Origin: Negaprion brevirostris
Taxonomy: Eukaryota
Reading direction: 5' to 3'
NCBI GenBank assembly: GCA_030324005.1
Contig: JARDVH010000140.1
Coordinates: forward strand, 30,016,982 to 30,080,981
Length of the DNA: 64,000 nucleotides
Shown here: positions 24,442 to 36,529 of the stretch, one piece after another
How the letters are laid out: every line of letters starts with the position of its first letter
Numbering within the stretch: the stretch's first letter is position 1
Made by a program: the position numbers and the translations under genes
The notes under the pieces: generated by a model
Seen by the model: only the letters and a program-made list of their open reading frames with translations
Told to the model about the DNA's origin: nothing
Database searches by the model: none

Positions 24442-25109
24442 GGGCTAAATTGCAGACTATTAAGCAAGAAGCTGTTAAGGAGCTGTTTGCTGCCTTTAAA
24501 ATAGTCCTGTAATGAGAAGGGGAATGGATGAAATTAGATAAGATTTGTAGAACTTCAGTGGTTCTGTTGCAGGAATACTGATTGAAAAGGGTAGCTCATT
24601 TTAGAGGTGGGGTGTATAACTCTGTAATAAAGAACAGCCGAAGAAATGCATCACTGGAGGTGGCATATTGAACAAGTGAATGCTGTCTTATCTGTGACTA
24701 AAACCAGGAAGTACTAGCAGGAGAGATTCGTGCGACTGCGAGTTTGCCAAGCCAAATGTAGTTCCGTGGTGAAATGTTGGCTTGAAACTATGTTAAATGC
24801 AGTTCACATTCTCACTGAAGAGGAATGCAGTGTGTTCTATTAGTTAGTCATCTCTCTAAATGCACAGACACGCTCATGTTGATCCTATGCACAGTGTATT
24901 TTCCATATCAAAACGTTGATGGTGTGCTTATTAGAAATGACAGGCACCAAATATGCGTTGAGCACAGGGATCTGAATGCTTTATGTTCATTTCCAGAAAG
25001 TAGCTAATGGCCGAGATACTTGTGTGGCACAATTATTTTTCTGCCATTCCTCTTTATAGTCTAAGCCATCTTCCAATTTGCAGGCAGGAAAAGGATGCCT
25101 ACAACGTTT

Positions 25110-25410
25110 GGGCGGCATGGTGGCACAGTGGTTAGCACTGCTGCCTCAGTGTAGGAACGTGGGTACAATTCCAGCCTCAGGTCACTGTCTGTGTGGAATT
25201 TGTACATTCTCCCCTTGTCTACGTGGGTTTCCTCCCACAGTCCAAAGATGTGCAGTTTAGGTTGATTGGCCGTGTTAAATTAACACTAGTGTTAGGGGGA
25301 TTAGCCAGATAAATATGAGGGTTATGGGAATAGGGTCTGGGTGGGATTGCATTCAGTGCAGACTCGATGGGCCAAATGGCCTCCTTCTGCACTATAGAGA
25401 TTCTATGATT
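25110..25410 (+). mobile_element. HE1-type SINE
   Basis: ggcggcatggtggcacagtggttagcactgctgcctc head, HE1 core and gattctatgatt tail. Confidence 0.92.
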
Positions 25411-25529
25411 ATACATGTGAATAAGAAGTGGGAGGTAACCAATATTTCACCTTGAGCCCATTGAGAAAAGGGCCATGGAAGTTCAGGGCACGAAGCCAGT
25501 AGAGAGAGGATTAGATTAATAGCCTCTCA

Positions 25530-25825
25530 AAAATCATGACTAGCTGCTTTCCAGCTCTTATTTTTTTGTTGCAAAGAAGATTGATTAATAAAATTAGGGA
25601 GTGAAATATCAAAGGAAATGAGGCAACATGGCTGGGAAGTTACTTAATAGACAGAAACGGGACAAAAATATGTTAGGGCTATTTTTGGACAAGACAAGAG
25701 AAACATTGGTTTTCCTGGAGTCTCAGTATTAATACCATGACTTAACATAAATATAAGTGATCTATACTTGGGGATAGGGGAGGAATCACAAAATTTGCAT
25801 ACAATGTAGAAAGTGGGGGCATGGT
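25530..25825 (+). mobile_element. Highly degenerate CR1 RT fragment
   Basis: RRLINKI..WLGSYLIDR..GFPGVSVL..INISDL..TKFA remnants. Confidence 0.6.
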
Positions 25826-26990
25826 TTACAATGAAAACTCATCTCTTTTCCTGGATGGGTCTGCCTGGGATACACCCAATAGTGGAACTTTGCCCTTATT
25901 TAAACATGCTGGTGCACTGTGGACATCTGTTGTTTATTCTCAGTGATCTTGCTGACCAGAAGATTGGGTAGCTGATAACACATTCAATAAGGAAGCAATG
26001 TAAGCAGACTGTGGGTGGTAGGGTGTGATAGAGACGGTTGATGGGCCTGCTGGATGAGGCTTTGATTGAAGTGGTGCTGATGTGGCAAGTAGTGATTTGC
26101 AATGGATCATGTACTCCAGTGCCTTTTTAGGTGTCGTCCTGTATATGCTGACATCCTGCCTGTGGCAAGATGGCAAGCAGCACACTTCCAACTTGGAAAA
26201 GTGTGCATTTAACGTCTGCCGCAATGGAGGCTTGGGAATGATGAGTGGCTCATTGAATTTCTCAGCCAGTAACTTGAAAACCTTATGCACCAGAGAGTTC
26301 ACACAGACAGGAGAGCCTTTAAATGCTCTGACTACAGAGGCAGATTTACACTTCCATTTCTGCACACACCCCCTTGATGTCACAACCTCCCGACTCTGCC
26401 CACCCTTGTCCCACAGAACACAAAGGTGGAGGACACAAAAAATACATAAACTGATTAGACCAGAATGAGCCAGTCAGCACAGGAGCAAATAGTCCAATCA
26501 ACAAGATACATACACTGCCATTCAGTATATTTGACAGACTCTTACTGAGTTTCAGATGTTAACTTCCTTACTCCTTCTCACAGAATCAAAGCAGCTACTG
26601 CTGTACATTCACTTGAATGGAGTGCCCAGTGAGTCCAATTCCACTATCAATGGCTCTGTCCACAGGATTCCATTCTTTGTCCTCGAAGAGACTTTCTGAA
26701 GGCCACTCTTAAGAGCAATGGTGGTTAGTACTATCAGCATGTGACCAGTTGCAGCCATCATATCAGATCAACAGTAGTCCATTTTGAAAAACCTGATCTC
26801 AGTCCTGACTGGGTCACGTCACCTCTTGCTTGCTCACTGGCTGCTCAGCAGCTGCTGGCTGGCTGGTTCACCCCGGCTTGTGGCTTTTGCCTGGTATCTT
26901 GTGCCTCACCTCCCTGTTGCTGGCTGGCCTGCCCTCAGCCCTGGCTGCGGAAACCAGTTGCTCTGTCTTTTTCTGTAAAAATAAAACACA

Positions 26991-27108
26991 GGAGTGGAAT
27001 TTTCCTGTCCCGCCCACCACTGGAATCATAATGGACAGGACAGAAAGGTCCGTTGATGCTGGGCAGGACTTTTTGGCCTTGGGGCAAACGCGGAGAGAAA
27101 ATCTGCCC
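26991..27108. mobile_element. Short TIR element family A
   Basis: gtggaattttcctgtcccgcc...aaaggtccgttga...gagaaaatctgccc. Confidence 0.65.
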
Positions 27109-27350
27109 AGGATCTTCTGCCTCACCTCTCCCCTTGTTAGCCTAGTTGACTCTCATTCCTTATGTGCCTGCACCTCAGCATTCAAGCCAGTCTCTTTTCC
27201 TGCCCGAAGGGGACTTGACTAATCAGGGTCTGATGTCACTCTCTATGGAGCCTATCAACAAATGCAAAGTTATCAGGCTCTGCTTGATGCCCACTGATAC
27301 TGGCTGGCATGGAGCTGCTCCCATTGGTTGGAGCCCTGTGCCTAGATACT

Positions 27351-27518
27351 TGGCAAGATTCTCTGACCCTTCACGCAAGCAGGATTCTTTTTTATGATTT
27401 GGCTTCAATGGGAAATCCCATTGATTGTGGTGGGACCAGAAAATCCTGCCATCCGTGAAAGGCATGCCGCCTCCCACCTCCGAGAAATGGGTGGCTGGGA
27501 GGCCGGAGAATCTCACCC
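27351..27518. mobile_element. Short TIR element family B
   Basis: ggcaagattctc...gtgggaccagaaaatcctgcca...ggagaatctcaccc; shares its core with 54117-54300. Confidence 0.6.
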
Positions 27519-28194
27519 AGTGTGTTTCATAATAAATCTGCCTCTGTCTGACTGAACATTACGTTCGGTTATCTGCAGATATAATTAAACACAAGCTTGT
27601 TCATGCTGAAGAGACCTTTCAGTCACTCACACTGCAAAAGGAGGCTTTTTATGAGAAAGATGCAATTGAAAGGAACAGGCATCCTGTGAAACACTCACTT
27701 CAAATGGGCATTCTGTCAATGGGACATAATTCAGTTCTTCCTCTTTGTCACCTCCTTGTTTGCATAAGCATTAAGCTGCAGCCTGTGATTAGACCTATAT
27801 GTCGGCTGTTTCATAAGATTCCTTAAAAAGCTATGGTTTGACAGCAAAAGCATCAAGCAGGAGTAAATCTTTGGCTCACTCTTTATCCCTCTTTTCATAG
27901 CTTTCAAACAACTCTTGAGTGTGTCGGAAGTGTTCCACTGGTTGGCTTGGTAAAAACTGGGAATAAACCTGGAACTTGTTAGCAACTTTTAACTGTCAGT
28001 ATCACAGCCTTTCTTTTGAATTAGAAAATTCCAAGCTCAATTGTCAATACTACATTCCAAAACACTCTTTTCCCCACATGCTTTCTCTTCATTAAGCCTC
28101 TCCTTTATTTTGAGATCTAACTGGACATGGATTGTTTCGCAGCCGCCCCCAATCCCCTGATGAGTCAAGCAGAGGTACACATTGAAGACAGGGA

Positions 28195-28472
28195 AAACGT
28201 GGACAGTGTCGATGTTTCCTATTCTTGCTGTGCCAAGTTCATAACTCTTCAGCCAGCGAGTGGTGAATCTGTTTGCCCCTTTGCTGCAGAAAGCTGGAGA
28301 GGCCCGGTCACTGAGTGTCTTCAAGACAGAAATAAAGAGGTTTCGATTACTAAGGGGAGCAAGAGTTATGGCAGGAGAATGGGGATGAGAAAAATATCAG
28401 TCATGATTGAATGGCAAAGCAGACTCAATGGGCCAAATGGCCCAATTCTACTCCTATGTTTTATGGTCTTAT
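28195..28472 (+). mobile_element. Degenerate CR1 3' end
   Basis: agcgagtggtgaatctg...gagtgtcttcaagacagaaata...gactcaatgggccaaatggcccaattctactcctatgttttatggtcttat. Confidence 0.75.
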
Positions 28473-28477
28473 AGGGG

Positions 28478-28574
28478 AACAAAAACAGTGCTGGAAAATC
28501 TCAGCAGGTCTGACAGCATCTGTGGAGAGAGAAGAGAGCCAGTGTTTCGAGTCAGGATGACCATTCATCAGAGC
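28478..28574 (-). mobile_element. Penelope pseudo-LTR fragment with hammerhead core remnant
   Basis: aaaacagtgctggaaaatctcagcaggtctgacagcatctgtggagagag...gtttcgagtcaggatgaccattcatcagagc; reverse complement contains CTGATGA-stem-GAAAC. Confidence 0.8.
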
Positions 28575-29984
28575 ATAAAAGGGGAGCACTTATTGAAAAC
28601 TGACCAGATTTGTTCCGACTGGCTGTCTGATTGGCAAAATCAGGAAGCTTTATAATAAAATCCTTGCTGAACTGCAAAATATGAGCTATTGCATTATTAG
28701 TGGTAGAGGATGAGTGTAGAAAGGTATGACTCAAATTACATCATATTAATGTTTTCGTACTAAACCCGCGGCTGTCAGACAGGTTCAAATCATAATGCTG
28801 ATTAGCCCAAAAATTGAATGCTAAATTCAGAATTTCAAACAGCCAGTTCTTATTAGTCTAGCACCCATTTCCCACCTGTTTTCACCCTTTGGAGAAAGTA
28901 ATCCCCTGTATATCCTTCAAATGAATTAGCTGTTGTTCTAAGTACGAGTTCATAGACTGCAGCATATACTTGAGAGTCTGCTATTAATTGAGGGGGAAAA
29001 CGGAAACATTGGTTTACAGCAGTTTTAGGTTATGGCACTCCATTGTGTATTATCTCATTGCTATCACATTACATTCACTGCAGTCAATTTTGCTTATTCT
29101 GATTGGTGTTATATAATTTGATATTATAACCGTAACTTGTGGTTAGAAATCCATGATCGGAATTGCTACACCAAACAATGCAAAGGTGTCTGGTCAAGAA
29201 CATCTGTAAACTTAGACTTCNNNNNNNNNNTGTTTATGTGTTGACTGTCTTGCAATTTCTAATAAACTTGACCCCATAAATCAATCCCACTCCAGATCAA
29301 AAAGAGTTAACTGGGAGCCAGATGACTTGTACGTTACTTGCAAAAATACAGATGAATGACAAAACACGGCTACTATTCTGAAAGTAGCTGAGCGAGCAAG
29401 AGAGTTAAGGATGGATTTGATGATAGGCTCCTGCAGCCGGAATAACTGGTCAACGTTCAGAATAGAATGTCGATCTCAGAACTGTATGAGTGGACTGGAT
29501 AATTTTGACACTGGTGATAGTGTGAAACGGCCTTTGTTAAGGCATCCACCTACTGTNNNNNNNNNNNNNNNNNNNNNNNNNNNNAAAACTAGGTAATTGA
29601 ACCAGAAACAATGGCCTAATAACTTCCTGTCTCCCCAATGTAGGATTTGGGGGCTACCCCAAAGATGTGCTGGGAATCCCATTTGGTAGTTCTGAGGTAA
29701 GAATTTTCCTAGTAATTGTCCAGAAGGGCTATCTTCTTCTAGACAATTGCACTGTGCTCAGATTAAGTCACCAACTTTGGGTGGCTCTGCAGTTCTGCAA
29801 AATAAAAGCAGGTATAACTGAATTATTATCTATCTTAAAGATCTAGACCAAGTCCTGAATGGGACACACCCAACTCCTGGGAGACTGTGCCACACCCCAA
29901 ACTGGCCCACACTTCACTGATGTCCAAAACCCCCATCCCCAATGTCCGACCATCACCCACCCCCAAAATGTCATTGTATGATGA

Positions 29985-30360
29985 AGATTATGTATGTTGT
30001 GTTCCTTCGTAGGAAGAATCCACTTGGGGCTGTTGGAGGAGCTACAGGGAGAAGGTGATTAAGGAAGATTCTTTCACTGACCTGTCCTGTGGTTGACAAC
30101 AGGGAAATTCCTCTGTAGTTTCTGTGGTTGGACTTGTTACCATTTTTTTGAAGATGTTCATGGTTATGGCATCTCTGAGCTCCCTGGCATGTCCTCCTCT
30201 TCCCAGATAAGGGAAATGAAGTCACATATTTGCACCAGTCATACTTCTCCGCCATCTTTTAATATTCCAGTGGGGATTCCATCTGTTTCATCTGCCTTCT
30301 TGTTCTTTAGCTGTCAGATAGCCTTTTCTAGTTCGAGCTGGGTTAAGACTATGCTGAGGT
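29985..30360 (-). mobile_element. RTE (BovB-like) LINE RT fragment
   Basis: Minus ORF NYRGISLLSTTGQVSERIFLNHLLPVA...SGF..RNTTYIIF matches the RTE motif NYRGISLLSxxGKV..R.LLNRL..GFR..RGT.DMIF. Confidence 0.8.
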
Positions 30361-30984
30361 AGTGGTCGGTATCATGCTATGGGGTCCAGTGCCAAAGATT
30401 CTAGGATTTTTGCTGTCTTTTTGCAGTCTGTTTTTCTCAATACCAAGTACCTGGAGCACATCATGCCTGCAAAATAAAAGAGGGCAGGGTTGCACAGTGT
30501 GATTTGTATAAATCGAAGACAATTTGACCTCCCTTAACAAAGTAATACAAAGTGCAAAATACATTGTAGCATAGCTGGGCTAATGATATTTATTGATTTT
30601 TGACCGTTTCAAATTTGATCTTGAAGAGTTATTCAGTGTGTAATAAGGTTATGCAAAATAGCTCTTTCAATATGTTGAAAATAGTTCAGAAAAATGGAGA
30701 TGTATTTTTCTGATTAAATGAAGCTCATTTTGGGGTATAGTTTAAATGCTTTACTAAGGACCATTTGGAAACTATTAGCTGGGTGCTTTGCTGGAGTAAA
30801 ACTAACATACTTCAATTACTTCACTTATAGAGTAAGATATAACTGCATTCCACAATGAGGAGCAAAAATATCATGCAACACTTGTGCTTCAGGTCAACAG
30901 CTGAATCATTGGCTATGATCTTACACAAATGGTAATGTAGACTTGCTCAGTGTAGGATTTGTATTTGGGTAATTTTCCACATTG

Positions 30985-31732
30985 CCGGGAAGATGCCAAT
31001 GATGTAGCTGTACTGAATCAGCTTGGCTAGGGGCCCGGCAGGCTCTGGAGGACAAGTCTTTGGTACTGTTGCTGGAATATTGTCAGCACCCATAGCCTTT
31101 GCTGTATCCAGTACCTTCAGCCATTTCTCAATATCATATGGAGTGAATCAAACTGGTTGAACACTGGCATCTATCTCCAGAGGAGACCGAGATGGATCAC
31201 CTACTCAGCACTTCTGACTGAAGATTGTTACGAATACTGCAACCTTATCTTTTGCACTGATGTGCTGGCCTCCTCTATCACTGAGGATGAGGACATTTGT
31301 GGAACCTCCTCCTTCAGTGAGTTGTTTGATTATCCACTGTCACTCACGACTGGATGTGACATGATTGCAGAGCTTCTTCTGCTTTGTTGGTTATGGGATC
31401 ACTTAGTTCTGTTTCTTGGAGTCTGCTTTCAAGGTTGGCATGCAAATAGTCCTTTTTTGTAACTTCACCAGATCGACACTTTATTTTCAGGCCTGCTGCT
31501 GGCATGCCTTCCTGAACACTTCATTGAATCAGGGTTGAACACCTGGCTCCATGGTAATGGTAGAGTGGTGGATGTGCCAAACCATGAGGTTGCAGATAAT
31601 GGTTGTATGCAATTGTGCTGCCACTGATGGCCCACAGTGTCCCAGGGATATCCAGTTTTGAGTTGCTAGATCTGTTCAAAGTCAATGCCATTTAACATCA
31701 TGTTAGTACCACACAACATGATGGAGGGTATG
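30985..31732 (-). mobile_element. CR1-like LINE ORF2 fragment (EN-RT linker)
   Basis: Reverse translation KWLKVLDTAKAMGADNIPATVPKTCPPEPAGPLAKLIQYS. Confidence 0.75.
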
Positions 31733-33117
31733 ATTGCTTCCTTTGTCACTCCCAGCCCCTGCACTTCCTACACCATACCTGAGCGCCCAGTTGCTCCGAC
31801 AAGAATTTACTACTCCCCGACACCTGGTCAGCTGTACAGGGATACTTAAACATGGGCCTCCTGAAATGGCTTTGGATGATCACCTAATTGCTCCACTGAC
31901 TTTGTGTTTATTTAAGGTGGAAGTTGAACATTTTCCCCTAAATTTGTGTTCCTATAATTTTGGGAGGAAGGTCTTCTCTGAAAGCCAAAATTAAGGTGAA
32001 GCAAGTTAAATATAAGCAGTGTTTTTTTTTCCTCCTTTACTGCAGTGGTACTCAAACAGTTGTTGTAACGAGGTGAGGAGTGAACTTGCACATCTCTCTA
32101 TTCACCTTCCTCAATCAGTCACATCAAAGGCTTAAGCTCTGTTTTCATAAGGATGTGCCCTGTCTGATTCCAAATAAATGTAACTTTTTATACAGTGGGC
32201 AGTAAGGAGCCTCCCAATTTCTTGATTTAAAGAAAAAGCAAATTTTTTAACCACAAAAATATAGAAAAAAACAATAAAAACACAACAAGCATTAGAACCT
32301 CTTGCGAACATCTGGGTGCACACATACACACATTGCGGCTGATTTGGATTAGGTGGTTTTATGGATACGGCCAGGTGTAGAAGGTGGTGCAGTTATTATG
32401 AGATTTCAGTTCAGTGGTAGATTTCCAGTAACTTTGGTTTTTGTAACTGGGAATATACTTATTCCAAAAGGGAGGTAGACAGCCCAGCTTTTCAGCTGAT
32501 TTCTTGATTTGAAAACTTTTTTGACTCTCCCTGCATCACTTGCAATCTCTCTGCAGTTCCGCAGCCTGGTCTGTTATACTTCACCCATTGTGTACTTCCA
32601 AGGGGTTTTGGGTGCACCTTTCTGTGGCAGCCATTGTTTCAACATCCAGCATTTTAACATGCATTCGCATGTCCGTAGGCAGTGATAAGTTTCAATGGCC
32701 CTTTGAATTATAGGTAGTGTTCCTCTCTTCACACTCCCCTGTGGTGTCTTGTTTGCTTTTTTCGCTGCCACCTTAGAAGATAGATTTGCATTTTAAGTAG
32801 TTTGTTCTGTCTCATTTCAAATTGCAAAATTTTCTGTCAGTTGAAAATAGAGAAGTCATTTTGTTTTCAAAAATGAAAAAGCTTTGCCTCGTGACAATGA
32901 ATTAATAATTTAAATTGTATAATCTTTTTATGTAAGGAGTATGCTTTCAGCCATCATGGGATAATAAAATAATTGGAACAATTGTGTTTCCACCAGAGCA
33001 TCTCAACTAATAACTTCTAAATGTACTTCAGTATCATTCTGGCTATGGCTGCAGTTCTGGAATACTAACATTTTCTAAAAGTTAACAATGTTTTAATATA
33101 TTTCCATTTCTTTCCAG

Positions 33118-33315
33118 GGTTGAGCCAGTCCTGACCAGAATTAAAGATGACAGAAAGCGAATTATACTTCCTTCGATTGACAATATCAAGCACAAAACCT
33201 TTGAGGTCCAGCGTTATGAAAACTGTGCCCATGGTTACACCTGGGAGCTCTGGTGCATGTATATTAGTCCTCCCAAAGAATGGTGGGATACAGCAGATCC
33301 CACATTGCCAATCAG
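33118..33315 (+). CDS. GALNT17: Internal coding exon (equivalent to human exon 5) of polypeptide N-acetylgalactosaminyltransferase 17, catalytic domain
   Basis: Acceptor tttccatttctttccAG (33116-33117) and donor GTcagt (33316); 198 nt, phase 2/2, open frame (W)VEPVLTRIKDDRKRIILPSIDNIKHKTFEVQRYENCAHGYTWELWCMYISPPKEWWDTADPTLPI(R). This closely matches recalled GALNT17 (EPVLSRIQENRKRVILPSIDNIKQDNFEVQRYENSAHGYSWELWCMYISPPKDWWDAGDPSLPIR) and fits it better than GALNT9. The track ORF 33147-33455 is the wrong frame. Confidence 0.95.
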
Positions 33316-33739
33316 GTCAGTTGTCCTTTTTTGTTGTGTTTAGAACAATGCTGTTTCAGACCCTTGGTAAACAAATAGAAAATGATGGAGAAATGCCAGG
33401 CATAAATTGCATTGGCAGTACATGTTTATCTTCACTGCCTGAGATAAACTGCTAACTCAAACCATTGACCATTAATGGAACCCGTCTGATTATCATCCAT
33501 TGGAAGGACAGATGATGCACTCTGTCACACTTTCAGCTACATGGTAAAGACCAAAGTCTAGTCCATCAAGCTCTACTCTAGCTCCTTTGCCTACCTTTTT
33601 AGAAGAAAGTTGTACCAAAGGAAGTAGTAGTGAAATAATGGTGACACTTCAAACGTAATATCATATTCATGTCAATGCTTAGAGAATTCACCACCAAAAT
33701 AATGGACATTTTAACAACAATCTTTCAAATGGTCTTGCA

Positions 33740-34235
33740 CATAAGCGGTGTCTTGGAGGACTGGAGGGTTGCCAAAGTAACACCTCTTTTCAAAAAGGAA
33801 GATTAAAACCAAAAAATATAGATCAATTGGACTAGCAAGAGTAATAAATCAGCTTCTGGAAGCCTTAGCCATGGCATAAAACTAAGCTAGAAAGGCACCG
33901 GCTAATTCAGAACTATCATCGTGTTTTTGTAAAAGGAAAATTATTCTGACAAATTTAAAGCAGCTCTTTGAGGAAATGACTGAGATGTACAAGAGGGTAT
34001 TATTGAAATAAATCTGTGGATATTATGTTTAAGCTTTTTCAAAAGAAATGTGATAAGGCCAGACATTGAAGGCATGTCGATAAAATAAAAGCAGTATTAA
34101 AAGGAATGTAGTTGCATGAATAAAGTATTAGCTGAAGAGCAATAGAGAGAAGAATGGTAAACAAAAGTTTTCTGGACTGATTGGAGTGGATTATAATGTT
34201 TGCCATTGGGTGCAAAACTAGGGGGAGTGCATTGG
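33740..34235 (+). mobile_element. Degenerate CR1 RT fragment
   Basis: EDWRVAKVTPLFKK..KYRSIGLA..FVKGK..TNL..FEEMT remnants. Confidence 0.75.
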
Positions 34236-34305
34236 ACACCAGTTGTGTATCTCTCCTTCTTGAGCTTTAATGAAGGGGACATTGTTGTAAAATGTTTTAC
34301 GAATT

Positions 34306-34540
34306 ATCATAGAATCATGGAATTCCTAAAGTGCAGGAGGCCATTCGGCCCATCAAGCTTGCACCAACAACAATCCCACCCAGACCCTGTCCCCGTAACC
34401 CCAGGTATTTACTTTTCTAATCTTCTGACACAAAGAGACAATTTTGCATGGCCAATCAACCTAATCTATCTTTGGACTGCGGGACGAAACCCAGTAGAAA
34501 CCCACGCAGACAAGGGGAGAATGTGCAAACTCCACAAAGA
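34306..34540 (-). mobile_element. HE1-type SINE (5'-truncated)
   Basis: atcatagaatc tail, ggaggccattcggcccatc, ggggagaatgtgcaaactccaca. Confidence 0.85.
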
Positions 34541-35489
34541 TAGAATTATAAAGCATGTTGGCTGAAGATTTATACCCCAAAGGTTAACTGATCTATCCCT
34601 TTTCAATCTATTAAGCTTTGAAAAAGAAAGTGGAGTGAAGAATTGGGAGGGTTGCACCTAACGGAGAGAGTTATAAACCCATACATCTTTGTTTTATTGG
34701 GCTTCACAAATTTGCTTTGGCAGATCGGCATTTGCAATGTTTAAGTGAGCCCTGTGGAGGAAACACTTTAGGCATATAAGACTCAGTAAACAATTGAACT
34801 GAAGAATACTCCAGAGAGAACATCTTAAAATATTTGACCTGTTTAAATGATTGGAAAGTAAGAGATGATAATTTGACAAAGGCTTGGCTCTCACAAGGCC
34901 AGAGGATTGGGAAGTCAGTGAGTCATTTGTCAATGGAACCTGGACATGATAATACATGATTTGTGAACTTAATTGATTTCAAATCTGTCAACATCTTTTA
35001 TAAAGCTTATGCTTCATAGTGTTGGAAAGTGGCTGGGTCTATTTGTTTTTGGACTCATATTCCAATCTGTTGACGGAGGTTGCAAAAATGAGGTCAGTAA
35101 GGATGTAAATTAACAAAATGGAAGCGCCCTATGTGACAGCATGGTTGTTGTGAAACCGTTTCAAGATTTTGAAGTCATATTTCAACGGAAGCCCTTTCAA
35201 AGTTTCATCTGTGCAGTTGAGAAACTTCAGTTGTTACTTGGGACATGTAATGAGAGATGAGACCCATGTTTAGATTGGAACTCGATTGTCCTCACTCAAT
35301 TTTTGTACCAGTTTTGGTGCTTTTTGCTGCACTAGACTGTTGCCCAGATGTTGAAGATCAAAATCCATTCATAGCACCTTTTATATTCTGCGTTTCCCAG
35401 AACATTTCATGTCCCATGGATCACTTTTGTAATTTATAGAAACTCAGCAGATAGTATGTGCAAGAGGCTCCACAGGATTGACATGAAGC

Positions 35490-35830
35490 GCTCCTTTCTT
35501 CTGGCTGAGGAACCGAGAATATGGAGCACAGTCTCATGATAAAGAGAATGATCATTAGAAACTGCGACAAGGAGAAATGTTTTCAGTCCAAGGGTTGTGA
35601 ATCTTCGGAATTTTCCACCCTAGTGGGTTGTGGATGCTCCATCGTTGGATATATTTAAGGATGTGGATAGACAGATCTTTGGTCTCTCAGGGGAACGTGG
35701 GAAATGAGGACTGGCGGGAGAGTAGAGTCGAAGCCTAAGATCAGCAATGATCATGTTGAATGTCAGAGCAAGTTTGATGGGCTGGATAGTTTGCTCCTCG
35801 TAATATTTCTTAAGTTCTTCTGTTCTTATG
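35490..35830 (+). mobile_element. CR1 3' end
   Basis: aggagaaatgttttcagtccaagggttgtgaatctt...gatcagcaatgatcatgttgaat...ttcttaagttcttctgttcttatg. Confidence 0.75.
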
Positions 35831-36529
35831 CACCACTTGGATCCTGGACAGAAAGAGACAATTCACACTGTAACTCCTTTTCTCTTCCTGTTTTTCTACT
35901 GCTGGTTGCATTTCTTCATCCTTCTCCACTTCCTTCTTGTTGTCTTCCTTTTCAGCATGTCCCTTAGCTTCTCACCAACCAGATGATAAAAAGGGATCTG
36001 TCCTCAGAGTGGCCAGGTTGTGTGGCATGCAGCATTCCAATGTAAATCTAGAAACTCACTTAGCTGCAGGGCTGTTCCAGAGAGGTTCAAGCAGCAGAAG
36101 CTTTGCTGGCAAATACTGATGGTGTGCTCTACAATATTCTCTGTAGCAACACTGCTGCCAGCTCCGGATCAGAGTTGTGAACCTTGCCATGAATGGATAA
36201 CCTTAACAGACCAGTAGGCAGCCTTTAACTTGCTCTAGTGGGTAAAATACAGGTGGCATTGAGGTTTGCAATACAGTGAAGGAATTGTAACTGCTGACAG
36301 GATATTGGACTTCCAGATTTACATTAGTTAACTATTGTTCCAGTAGCCTTGCAGTTTACTTCTCTGAAAGCTTAAACCCTGTCTTCTCTCTCTGACACTC
36401 ACTTCACTCTTTCTCTTTCCACTGCTACCTTTTTCAGTCTTTGGATCAATGTTGCCAGGTAACAGTAAAGCTTTTTTTTACTTGCTTCTTGTTTCCCAAA
36501 CCACTCAACGTCCTGCCCTGTTTTTACCC

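Noticed and set aside
25896-26470. 128-147 aa ORFs with faint Myb-like (Harbinger accessory) resemblance
   Set aside because: No convincing motif on either strand; probably old repeat debris
33147-33455. 102-aa ORF overlapping the GALNT17 exon
   Set aside because: Alternative frame that runs through the splice donor; the true frame is the GALNT17 one
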